Of a stretch of DNA of 64,000 bases, positions 1 through 8,071 are shown one piece after another (position 1 is the stretch's first letter; each line of letters starts with the position of its first letter). Location: the IMG/VR virus record IMGVR_UViG_3300020056_002272, positions 1 through 64,000 of that record; one strand, written 5' to 3'. Position numbers and translations under genes: made by a program. The notes under the pieces are model-generated. The model saw only the letters and a program-made list of their open reading frames with translations, did no database searches and was not told where the DNA came from. The stretch comes from a virus.

Positions 1-1
1 G

Positions 2-1546
2 TTCTGCGTTCAATAGTTCAGCTTCACTTGCGTTAAGTTTTTCTAATACAGTTATCAACTCCTGTTGGCTACTATTAGCTATGCCTTCTGCACCTCCAGC
101 AGCAATTGCAGCTATTTCAGATGGAGTAGCCAATCCGCCTTCTATAGATACGTTTTTGAATATTGCATTTGCATATGCTGCGTCATTGTATATTGCAGAA
201 CTAACATCTAAAATACTGCCTACTGTATTGGCAATCGTATTTCCTATTTCTTCGCCGCCTGGCAGGTTTGCACTGACCGTGTTTAATGCTTCTGTTAATA
301 CTTGTTCTAGCGCAGGCAATCCAGCACCTTGGGCTTCTTTGACCAATTCTCGTAGCTCTGTTTGCAAACCTATTGTTGTCTGAATAGAATTGTTTGCATC
401 ATCTGCTACCCGATCTAATTGCATATCCTCTATTTGACTTAACAAATATTCTATAGCAGGATCTGAGGTATCAACGCCAAGCTGCTCCATGGTTGCTGTT
501 ATCCTGTTACGGAAGGCAAGATTTTCCTCAAGAGCCTGCGCTGATACATCTGCTATTGGGCCTGCGACTCCTCTAAGTTGTGCTTGAAGTGCAAAATCTC
601 GTTCTGTTGTTCTAGCTGTTAACTGACCCATTGCCCTTGATATATCGCCTGTCGAGGCAGTGCCAGCTTTAATTTCATCTGCAAGTGCTTGAAGTGTTCC
701 AAACTCATCGCCTAATGCTGCCGCCAATGCTTTTGTTGTTTCGTCAGTTGGAGTGCCCCTTACAACTAAATCAGTTAACAAGTTGCCAAAATTCTGTCCA
801 AGATTATCATCTAAGGCGCCAGCAGCCGCAACTAGTTGCGCTTGTGCTTCGGTTCCAGCAGTGATACCAAACGCTTGAATATCTCCTTGGCGATTTCGTG
901 TAATTTGAGCTTCAAGCAGTGAGTCTCTACTTTCGCCAGTTAGTTGAGCAATTGTATCTATACCCACTACCATTTGTTCAAAAGCTGCAAGTTGCGTAGC
1001 ATCGTTCAGTGCTTGGCGTGGATCAACTTTGTTAATCTCCGCAAATGCAAGCAAAGATTCGTTGATATCAGAAACTGACAATCCTAATCTTCTTAGATTG
1101 CGTCCTACATCACTGTCAACTGATAGAACTTTATTAGCAACTTCTCTAAATGCTGTGATACTTTGATCAACTGTTCCGCCAAATGCTGCTAATCCGATAT
1201 TGTTTTTTTGGAAAAGCTCTATCATTTCTTCAACAGTGATACCTAGATCAGCAGCAGCACTTTTTATTTCGGTCATTTCTGCGCCAAATGTTGCACCAAT
1301 GCCCGATAGAGTTTGATATTCAGCTAAATTAGCTTCTGCAAACTGTGTTAAACCTTGTATTGCACCTCCCATTTCTTTTAGTAATGGAGTATTGATGCTC
1401 AATGCTTTAGAATATGATGATAAATCTTGACTACCAGATAACAATTCTCCTGATAACCCAACAGCAGATTTTCCAAGGTCACCAAAAGCTCCGGCAACTA
1501 ATCTACTTACATCACCTAATATACCTGTTGCATTTTCTTCAGCCAA
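2..1546 (-). CDS. Tape-measure-like tail protein (partial, runs off the window start)
   Basis: Not in the ORF track. Read manually as an open minus-strand frame from TTG at 1546 (RBS AGAGGA upstream): MAEENATGILGDVSRLVAGAFGDLGKSAVGLSGELL...FGGTVDQSITAFREVA...LRRLGFSVSDINESL... No stop before position 1. Ala/Gly/Leu-rich, helical, and adjacent to a tail chaperone-like pair. Confidence 0.7.
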   Translation of the reverse strand, partial: MAEENATGILGDVSRLVAGAFGDLGKSAVGLSGELLSGSQDLSSYSKALSINTPLLKEMGGAIQGLTQFAEANLAEYQTLSGIGATFGAEMTEIKSAAADLGITVEEMIELFQKNNIGLAAFGGTVDQSITAFREVANKVLSVDSDVGRNLRRLGLSVSDINESLLAFAEINKVDPRQALNDATQLAAFEQMVVGIDTIAQLTGESRDSLLEAQITRNRQGDIQAFGITAGTEAQAQLVAAAGALDDNLGQNFGNLLTDLVVRGTPTDETTKALAAALGDEFGTLQALADEIKAGTASTGDISRAMGQLTARTTERDFALQAQLRGVAGPIADVSAQALEENLAFRNRITATMEQLGVDTSDPAIEYLLSQIEDMQLDRVADDANNSIQTTIGLQTELRELVKEAQGAGLPALEQVLTEALNTVSANLPGGEEIGNTIANTVGSILDVSSAIYNDAAYANAIFKNVSIEGGLATPSEIAAIAAGGAEGIANSSQQELITVLEKLNASEAELLNAE

Positions 1547-1572
1547 AACTTAATCCTCTTGCTTTTTTTGCC

Positions 1573-1600
1573 CATAAATATGGATATATAACTATTTACC
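1573..1600. promoter_or_regulatory. Crossed divergent late-type promoters
   Basis: CATAAATA (+, 1573-1580) upstream of 1615 and GGTAAATA (-, 1593-1600) upstream of 1546; both resemble the T4 late consensus TATAAATA. Confidence 0.6.
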
Positions 1601-1614
1601 TATAGGATGCTCTC

Positions 1615-2451
1615 ATGGAAAACGAAATTAGTCCTCTCAAAAAATATAGAAGACAACCTAAAATTTATGCAAATTTACCCAGTGGTGGTCGATACTATAA
1701 CGATAACATTGTTGCCAACCAAGCATACACAGAAATGCCTGTGTTCAGTATGACAGCAAATGACGAAATACTTTTCAAAACTCCAGATGCACTGATCAAC
1801 GGACAAGCGACTGCACAAAACATTAGAAGTTGTATACCTGGTATATTAGATCCTATGCAACTGGTCACACTAGACATAGACTATATCTTACTTGCAATTA
1901 GAATGGCATCCTATGGACCAAACCTAACTGTTAATGCACCTTGTTCTCATTGCAAAGAAGAAAATCAATATGATATTGAAATACAGGGCTTGTTAGATTA
2001 TTTTTCAAATTTGATCTATGAAGATCAAATTGTTATCAACGGATTTACTTTTACATTACGTCCTTTAACTTACAAACAGTATACAGAATTCCAGCAACAG
2101 AACATTGCACTTGCTAGAGCTATTCAAATTCAAGCAGTTAAAATGGAAGAAGAAGATAGAAAAAAATTTACAAACGATACACTTTTGCAAATTGCAACTA
2201 TCGGTGTTCAAGCAGTGTTACAAATGATATACAGCATTACAGTAGATGGAGTTGAAGAAACCAATAAACAAGAAATCAAAGAATTTTTAGACGACAACGA
2301 TATTTCAATGTTTAACAAAATAAAACAACATGTCGAATCTCAAGTTGCCAATTGGCGTATTCCAAATCAACAGGTTATGTGTGAGCATTGTAGTAAAGAA
2401 AATTCAGTTGCAGTAAGGGTGGACCAAACAGATTTTTTCGTCAAAGGCTAG
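1615..2451 (+). CDS. Baseplate hub / tail assembly chaperone, T4 gp26-like
   Basis: LPSGGRYY, MTANDEI, DIDYILLAIRMASYG, two CxxC pairs and a C-terminal DFF, typical of gp26-like proteins of T4-like phages. Confidence 0.75.
   Translation: MENEISPLKKYRRQPKIYANLPSGGRYYNDNIVANQAYTEMPVFSMTANDEILFKTPDALINGQATAQNIRSCIPGILDPMQLVTLDIDYILLAIRMASYGPNLTVNAPCSHCKEENQYDIEIQGLLDYFSNLIYEDQIVINGFTFTLRPLTYKQYTEFQQQNIALARAIQIQAVKMEEEDRKKFTNDTLLQIATIGVQAVLQMIYSITVDGVEETNKQEIKEFLDDNDISMFNKIKQHVESQVANWRIPNQQVMCEHCSKENSVAVRVDQTDFFVKG
2433..2439 (+). promoter_or_regulatory. Putative -1 ribosomal frameshift site T TTT TTC
   Basis: Canonical X XXY YYZ heptamer in the correct phase; the -1 frame is open and continuous with ORF 2451..2672. 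Confidence 0.65.
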
Positions 2452-2672
2452 TGTCTCTTGACGATAACGAGATTAAGACACTAGCCGATGACTTTGAAAA
2501 TGAAATAAAAGGTATCAAGGATACGGCTTACAGAGTGTCTTGGCACATGCGTGGCGGCGTTAGCGTAGAACAGTTTCTATACGAAATGGATATAGAAGAT
2601 CGAGAAATTATTCAAAAAATAATCAAAGAAAATATTGAAAATACCAAAACAGCCAGAATGCCGTTGGTTTAA
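2451..2672 (+). CDS. Small gp51-like / tail chaperone T-segment, probably the C-terminal part of a frameshift fusion
   Basis: GTG start with only a weak RBS; motif SWHMRGGVSVEQFLYEMDIEDREII; lies in the -1 frame of the upstream gene. Confidence 0.65.
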   Translation: MSLDDNEIKTLADDFENEIKGIKDTAYRVSWHMRGGVSVEQFLYEMDIEDREIIQKIIKENIENTKTARMPLV

Positions 2673-4057
2673 GAAACTTCAGGATCAGCTGTAGCAGTTT
2701 GTGGCTCTATGCCATCTTTTTCGTTTGCTTCCGATCCAAGATCTATTTCGCCAGGTTGTTCATTGTCAGTGTTTTGAGTAAAGGTAATGTTGAACATTTC
2801 AGAAAATTTAGATTGCATTAATCTTCTGCGATCTCCAACTGCTATAAACGGAACTGCCATAACTTTTTGTGGAGGATAAATTACATTTTGGAAAGCTAAT
2901 TTAGCCCATTCGGTGCTGGCATATATTTGAGGATTTTTTTGATCTTTGCTTGCAGAATATTCCCAGCCGCCGTCTCTAAGCAGTTGATCAAATCCCAAAT
3001 CAAACTCTCCTAACGCACCACTTAACGAATTTAAGGCAAGTCCTGTAACTCCCGCAATACCGCCTGTGATTGCACGGGCAATTATATTGTCTAGGAAGCC
3101 GGCTATCCATTCTGCAAGTATACGCTGATTTGCAGGTCTTGTAAGCCACCATTGAACTAAAAAGAATGCTGTCTCTCTTGCTGCCAGCATGGCTATTGCT
3201 CCAGGTAATCCAACACCGGTTCCGGCCATCACGCCTGCCCAAACATTAGAAATAGTCCTTGCCATGGTTAAGAACATGCGTATTCTTCTTACGCCTTTGA
3301 ACATGGTCAAGCAAAGTGCGGATATCTGTGCTCCAAGTGCTGCTTGACTAGACAATATCAAATCATCTACTTCTTCTTGTGTAAGGTCGCCTTGTGCTTG
3401 TAAATCTTGCCAATAAGCACAGTTTGCAACATGAGAATGAAGCAGTGCTGTAGACCAGCCAGCAATCTCAAAAATACTCAATGCTAACTTCATCAAAGGA
3501 TTGGTTAAAATAAATTTTGCAGTGCTATTTTTTTCTAAAAAATCGCCTAGTGTAGAACCAGATGCTCTATAACCTTCCATAAATCTGCTGCCAGCACCTA
3601 ACTGTCTGTCTGCAACATTGTCTAATAATGTTTGTCTTACAGGTTTTGAACCTCTGTTAAAGTCTTCTATAAATTCTGTTGCTGCTTTTTCGTCTGGAAA
3701 TTTAAAAGCGTGTGAACCGATTTTAACCAAAAAGCCTTTTTCTTTGCTTCCTGACCACATTTTTGCATTTGCATCAAGGTTTACGTTGCCAGTCCTAGCA
3801 TTATCGTAATCAGCAGCATTTCCTTGATTGCCAAACTTGGTTCCCAACTCGCTCCACATGGCGTTTAATTGTTTAACTTCATCCTTAAACGCCATCCTTC
3901 CAGGAGAGCCGTCAGGTTTGACCCTCTGCCACATTTGTCCTTTGAATTCAAACGTGTCATCGCCTAGAATATACTGCAAGCCTTTAGGAGGTGTATCTGC
4001 CTCAGCTTCGTTTATTATTACTTTATCATATGAAATTACTTCTAGAAGTTTCACCAT
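2669..4057 (-). CDS. Hypothetical late protein, possible internal head/ejected protein with hydrophobic helices
   Basis: Start revised from 4144 to 4057 because TATAAATA lies at 4087-4094. N-terminus MVKLLEV...IINEAEA; Gly/Ala-rich hydrophobic segments in the C-terminal half. Confidence 0.6.
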   Translation of the reverse strand: MVKLLEVISYDKVIINEAEADTPPKGLQYILGDDTFEFKGQMWQRVKPDGSPGRMAFKDEVKQLNAMWSELGTKFGNQGNAADYDNARTGNVNLDANAKMWSGSKEKGFLVKIGSHAFKFPDEKAATEFIEDFNRGSKPVRQTLLDNVADRQLGAGSRFMEGYRASGSTLGDFLEKNSTAKFILTNPLMKLALSIFEIAGWSTALLHSHVANCAYWQDLQAQGDLTQEEVDDLILSSQAALGAQISALCLTMFKGVRRIRMFLTMARTISNVWAGVMAGTGVGLPGAIAMLAARETAFFLVQWWLTRPANQRILAEWIAGFLDNIIARAITGGIAGVTGLALNSLSGALGEFDLGFDQLLRDGGWEYSASKDQKNPQIYASTEWAKLAFQNVIYPPQKVMAVPFIAVGDRRRLMQSKFSEMFNITFTQNTDNEQPGEIDLGSEANEKDGIEPQTATADPEVS

Positions 4058-4086
4058 GTATGTAGTTATCCAATTAATTGATAATG

Positions 4087-4094
4087 TATTTATA
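4087..4094 (-). promoter_or_regulatory. T4-type late promoter TATAAATA
   Basis: Exact consensus on the minus strand about 30 nt upstream of ATG 4057, flanked by the inverted repeat AATGTAT/ATACATT. Confidence 0.75.
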
Positions 4095-4100
4095 TACATT

Positions 4101-4530
4101 TGAGTTGAACTACGTTCAACTGTGTTTTCGTTTGCACTCAACACAATTATAATTTCTTAATTGATAATGAGAAATGCAATACAACGAAGTGGTATTGCTT
4201 TTAGTATCATTCAGATTGTGAAGTCATAATTCGCCCGTTGCCGGGCGAAGGTAGCTTTTGAGCTTCATTCGAGTCGCTTCAGCCATCTTGTTAAAAGAGA
4301 TTCAACTTTCGTTGTCGGAGGCGGTTGACCTGTATCCCCCTACTCTAGCTTCGTCATATCAACGGAAGGCAGTTATTCCCTAACAAGCGAAAACACTTAC
4401 CCTTGGGTTGCTTTTTCTCAGAGCCCATTCCTTTAAAGCCTATCGTATACTTCTTCACGCGAGCATTCCACGCCACCGGCCACGAGCATTACCTCGGCTG
4501 GATCTTGGAGTTTAATTAGAGCTCGTTATA
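4101..4530 (-). ncRNA. Large structured non-coding element of unknown family (ncRNA and/or origin)
   Basis: Longest non-coding gap in the window. 144/300 G+C (48%) over 4201-4500. Minus-strand stems closed by GNRA loops (TTCGCCCG-GCAA-CGGGCGAA, CAAC-GAAA-GTTG, GT-GCAA-AC) and a potential pseudoknot CTTGTTA/TAACAAG. Confidence 0.65.
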
Positions 4531-4534
4531 TAGC

Positions 4535-4960
4535 CTATTTGTGTTCTAGTAGTGCCTGGCGTAGTTTGTTTGATCCACCAACTCTTACATTGATGATTCC
4601 GTTGTAGTATTCGTCTGTTTCCAATACTCGCCTGTCAAACTGTTCTCGTGCTTCAATGTAACTCATTTCTGCTCTGCTTTGGCAGAAGTAAAGTATTTCA
4701 CGAGTAAAGTTTTTTTCGCCTAGTGTTTTTACATCTTCGTTCAGTCTATCTGAACTTCCCCAGTATTCACGCCAATCGCTTTCTTTGTAGCCTCGACGTT
4801 TGTTCTTTTTGCCTTTTAAAGGTGGCTTGGTTGTTTTAAACTTTGCTAATTTTTTGCCTACATACTTTTGTTGTGTTTTTAAGTTGGTAATAAGGTATAC
4901 AAAGCCTTCATATTTATCGTCAATCTTGTCAACTTTTTCACCATTATATGTCCAACTCAT
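4535..4960 (-). CDS. Single-domain GIY-YIG (Seg-like) endonuclease
   Basis: GFVYLITN...KYVGKK, YWGSS, NFTREIL, conserved E (YIEAREQ) and YYN; no appended DNA-binding domain. Confidence 0.8.
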   Translation of the reverse strand: MSWTYNGEKVDKIDDKYEGFVYLITNLKTQQKYVGKKLAKFKTTKPPLKGKKNKRRGYKESDWREYWGSSDRLNEDVKTLGEKNFTREILYFCQSRAEMSYIEAREQFDRRVLETDEYYNGIINVRVGGSNKLRQALLEHK

Positions 4961-4963
4961 ACT

Positions 4964-5239
4964 TTATGTATTATTTCTTTTGGCTGCCTTTACCTCTTTT
5001 GATTTCTGTGCCTTTGCTTTGTTGCTTGCCCATTTACCAGATGCTCTAACCTGTTCTAAAACTACCAGGTAATGGTCTTGTATTTCGTCTTGCCTTTGTT
5101 TTGCTAGCCTCATAAGATTACGCAATGTGCGTCTTGCGTTCCGTTTTGTTCTATCACTTGGCCCTTGTTCAAACTTTTCGTTTGCTGCAAAATATTCCAA
5201 GTATGCCTTTACCAGTTTATCATGTGTGTCATCTGTCAT
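4964..5239 (-). CDS. Small basic helical protein, possibly nucleic-acid binding
   Basis: Coupled to gp46 by an ATGA overlap; K/R-rich (RTKRNARRTLRNLMRLAKQR) with a basic tail. Confidence 0.55.
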   Translation of the reverse strand: MTDDTHDKLVKAYLEYFAANEKFEQGPSDRTKRNARRTLRNLMRLAKQRQDEIQDHYLVVLEQVRASGKWASNKAKAQKSKEVKAAKRNNT

Positions 5240-7011
5240 TCAACAATCTCTACATCATTTGCATATGAAGTAAAGCCGTTCTCCTTAATAACTTTGAGAA
5301 CATGATTAACTCTACCAACTAGTTCGTCTTTGTGTGAGATAAGGAAAACATTTTTGCTACGCTCTCTGCCCATCTTTTTCAACACACTCAATGCATTTTC
5401 TACACCAGCGGTGTCCATGCCACTATCAATAAGTTCGTCAATAAACATCAAGTTAATGCCTTGATACAGTGATTCCCAAACATCACGGAATGCAAAACTC
5501 ATACCTAGTATAAGTCTGTTGCGTTCACCGCGTGACAAGTTATCAAAGTCTAAGTCTTGACCGAGTTGTGTAATCTCAACATTCAAATCATTTTGGAATC
5601 TAACCTGATGCGGCAGTCCTAGTCTATCTAAATAGTAGGTTAATCTGTTGTTCAAGTATGCCAAGTTCTGATCGATAATCTTTTTTCGAATAAAACTGTC
5701 TTTGTTTGTAAGAAGTTTAAGCAAAAACTCTTGATGATCTTTAATATTTGTTAATTCGTTAACTGGATTCCAGTCGATTTGTTGTATAGCTGTTTCATTT
5801 AGATCATCTATTTGTGTTTGATAAGGATCATCTTCTGTTTTTTTATTTTCCAATGCAATTTTCAAGTTTTCTACATTGTTTCTATGCTCGTATGCTTCTT
5901 TTGCACTTTCATAAAATGTATTTGGGCGTCCGTTGATATCGCCTATGTCGTTTAGTGCTTGCATAGTTGATTCAAGTTTGCCTGCAACTTCGGTTTGGTA
6001 TGCAAGTGCATCACTTAATTCTTTTTGTTTGCGAGTTTCAATTTCTGCTTTCTTGTCTGCATGTAATTCTTGCCCACAGGTGTAACAAACAGCATCATCA
6101 AGTTCTTTAATATCTTTTTCTGCCTTGTCAACAGTCTTTGTTGCCCGCATCAATGCGCTTTCTAGTGTGGCTTTTTCTTTATTCAAGCTGGTTATACGAT
6201 TATTAAGCTCAGTCCAGTTTACAAGTTTGTCATGTGCGTCTAATTCGGCATCGATGTCGAGTTTTTCTAATTCTTCAATGCCTTTTTCTAGTTTTTCAAC
6301 GTCGGTTTTTTGTTTTGCCATCCATGCACGTTGTCTTCCAGCAAGTGTTTCGATACTTTGTTCAATTTTTTTGTTACTAGCCTCGATAGCATTGATTTTT
6401 AGTGTTTCTTCTGTGATAGAATCTTTGGTTTTGCGTGTTTGTTCCTTTAACACATCTGCTTTTTCGGTTAGTATTGTGATACCAAGTAGCTGTTCGATGA
6501 TTGCACGTTGATCATTGGCCCGCATACTCAAGAACGGCTCGGTATAAGTGTTCAATGCAAGTATGTGCTTGAACATGTCATGGCTCATACCAAGTAATTC
6601 TTGCACATCTTCTTGTGTTTTACGGCTATCCCCTTGTGATTCGTCAATGTCTTGTTTTTGTTCTTGATCATTTACATAAAACTTGAATATATTAGGAGAG
6701 CGGCCACGTTCAATGCGGTATCTGTTGCGTCCTTTCTCAAAGTTTAGTGTTACCAACATGCCTTTGCTGTTGGTTTTGTTGATTAGATTGTTTCGTTTGA
6801 TATTTGTTAGGGCAGTTCCGTATAATGCGTAGCTTAGTGCATTAATAATTGTAGTTTTACCAGTTCCGTTACGTGATCCAGTGTCATCACCGCCTTGGTC
6901 TAGGTTCTCACCAAGCACAAGTGTCAGCTGTTCTTCATTGAAGTCAACTGCTTGGGTAACATTACCCACACTCATAAAGTTTTTTACTGTTAAATCTTTT
7001 ATTCTAATCAT
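5236..7011 (-). CDS. gp46: Recombination endonuclease ATPase subunit (Rad50/SbcC-like)
   Basis: KNFMS, Walker A NGTGKT, coiled coil with zinc hook CYTC, signature LSRGE, Walker B FIDE, H-loop ISH. Confidence 0.93.
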   Translation of the reverse strand: MIRIKDLTVKNFMSVGNVTQAVDFNEEQLTLVLGENLDQGGDDTGSRNGTGKTTIINALSYALYGTALTNIKRNNLINKTNSKGMLVTLNFEKGRNRYRIERGRSPNIFKFYVNDQEQKQDIDESQGDSRKTQEDVQELLGMSHDMFKHILALNTYTEPFLSMRANDQRAIIEQLLGITILTEKADVLKEQTRKTKDSITEETLKINAIEASNKKIEQSIETLAGRQRAWMAKQKTDVEKLEKGIEELEKLDIDAELDAHDKLVNWTELNNRITSLNKEKATLESALMRATKTVDKAEKDIKELDDAVCYTCGQELHADKKAEIETRKQKELSDALAYQTEVAGKLESTMQALNDIGDINGRPNTFYESAKEAYEHRNNVENLKIALENKKTEDDPYQTQIDDLNETAIQQIDWNPVNELTNIKDHQEFLLKLLTNKDSFIRKKIIDQNLAYLNNRLTYYLDRLGLPHQVRFQNDLNVEITQLGQDLDFDNLSRGERNRLILGMSFAFRDVWESLYQGINLMFIDELIDSGMDTAGVENALSVLKKMGRERSKNVFLISHKDELVGRVNHVLKVIKENGFTSYANDVEIVE

Positions 7012-8020
7012 GTAACCCGCTGTAAATGTCTAATAACAGTTTCTTATCAAACTGCTCAGTATCAATTGCTTGAATTTCGTTGCTAACAATTTGATCTACA
7101 CTTTCAAACTGTGCAATATCCAAGTCTGTATTGATTTCTTCCATAAGTTTTTGAGGTATAAGTGTAATTTCTCTACACCCATACTGCTCTATAAATGTTT
7201 CTTTAATGTAACTGGCTTCTTCGTAGCTGATATCAATATCCAATGTAACTCTAAGATACATTTTGCTTTGCAAGAGTGTGTCTTTCTCATCAATCAACTG
7301 TGATAGCTTGATTGTTCTATACTTTGGACAGTCTGGCCAGTTGATATACTCTGGCTCAGCATCGTTCAATCTGTCTAGTATCATCATACCACGGTCATCA
7401 TCCCAAGCATCTGCATAGTTGTGTGGAAAAGCATTACCAATGTAGTGGATCTTACCCTGCTTCTGCCGCTTGTGGAAATGTCCACTGAACACATACTCTT
7501 GATTCTTGAAGTGTTCCGACTTTAGTTCACCGTGATCTGGCATCTGCACCATGGCATTCATATAAAAGCTGGGCAGTTCAAAGTGTCCAAACAGATATTT
7601 TGCTTCTAGCTTTTCAATCTTCTTCCATTCTTCGCCTACCAGCCACGGAACCAGTGCTACATCTTGCATAACTGTAATATCATCAACTACTGTTATACCA
7701 GGAATGTGTCTAGCAAACTCAGTAGAGCTTACATCACGCTTGTCTTTGTAGTATAAGTCGTGGTTACCAGAAAACATGTAGAATTGTTCGAACGATTCGC
7801 CTAATTTTTCAAGCAACCGTATGGTTGTATCCATGGTTGTAAGGTTAAGACTGTTTCTATTATGGTGCCAATCGCCGCAAAAAATGCCTGTTTCGCAATT
7901 GTTTGCTTTTGCGGTCTCAATATACCAATCAATATATTCCTCACAGTCTTGATTGTGAACACGTGAGTTGCCTTTCATACCTAGATGTATGTCAGTAAAT
8001 ACTGCTGCTTTTATGAACAA
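7004..8020 (-). CDS. gp47: Recombination endonuclease nuclease subunit (Mre11/SbcD-like)
   Basis: Metallophosphoesterase motifs DIH, GD, GNHD, GH, GHFH; adjacent to gp46. Confidence 0.93.
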   Translation of the reverse strand: MFIKAAVFTDIHLGMKGNSRVHNQDCEEYIDWYIETAKANNCETGIFCGDWHHNRNSLNLTTMDTTIRLLEKLGESFEQFYMFSGNHDLYYKDKRDVSSTEFARHIPGITVVDDITVMQDVALVPWLVGEEWKKIEKLEAKYLFGHFELPSFYMNAMVQMPDHGELKSEHFKNQEYVFSGHFHKRQKQGKIHYIGNAFPHNYADAWDDDRGMMILDRLNDAEPEYINWPDCPKYRTIKLSQLIDEKDTLLQSKMYLRVTLDIDISYEEASYIKETFIEQYGCREITLIPQKLMEEINTDLDIAQFESVDQIVSNEIQAIDTEQFDKKLLLDIYSGLHD

Positions 8021-8042
8021 GATAATACTCCGTTAGACTTAA

Positions 8043-8071
8043 ATTATACGGTAAACAACAATAAAGATCAA
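8043..8071 (-). promoter_or_regulatory. Sigma70-type promoter for the gp47-gp46-GIY-YIG operon
   Basis: TTGATC-17 nt-TATAAT on the minus strand upstream of 8020. Confidence 0.7.

Noticed and set aside
81-1605. Plus-strand ORFs 81..383 and 1414..1605
   Set aside because: Antisense shadows of the long minus-strand ORF 2..1546, which has an RBS and promoter.
4058-4144. N-terminal extension of the 2669..4144 ORF
   Set aside because: It runs through hairpins and the TATAAATA promoter; 4057 is the more plausible start.
4150-4534. Group I/II intron, tRNA, tmRNA, RNase P RNA or CRISPR array as the identity of the non-coding block
   Set aside because: No interrupted gene, no recognisable P7 or domain V core, no cloverleaf/CCA end, no GAGGAAAGTCC-type motif, and no regularly spaced repeats (only an 8-nt duplicate CGAGCATT). 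An Rfam search is still needed.
4535-4960. Typical mobile homing endonuclease or insertion element
   Set aside because: No separate DNA-binding domain, terminal repeats or disrupted host gene; it sits in an operon like a resident gene. Homing cannot be fully excluded.
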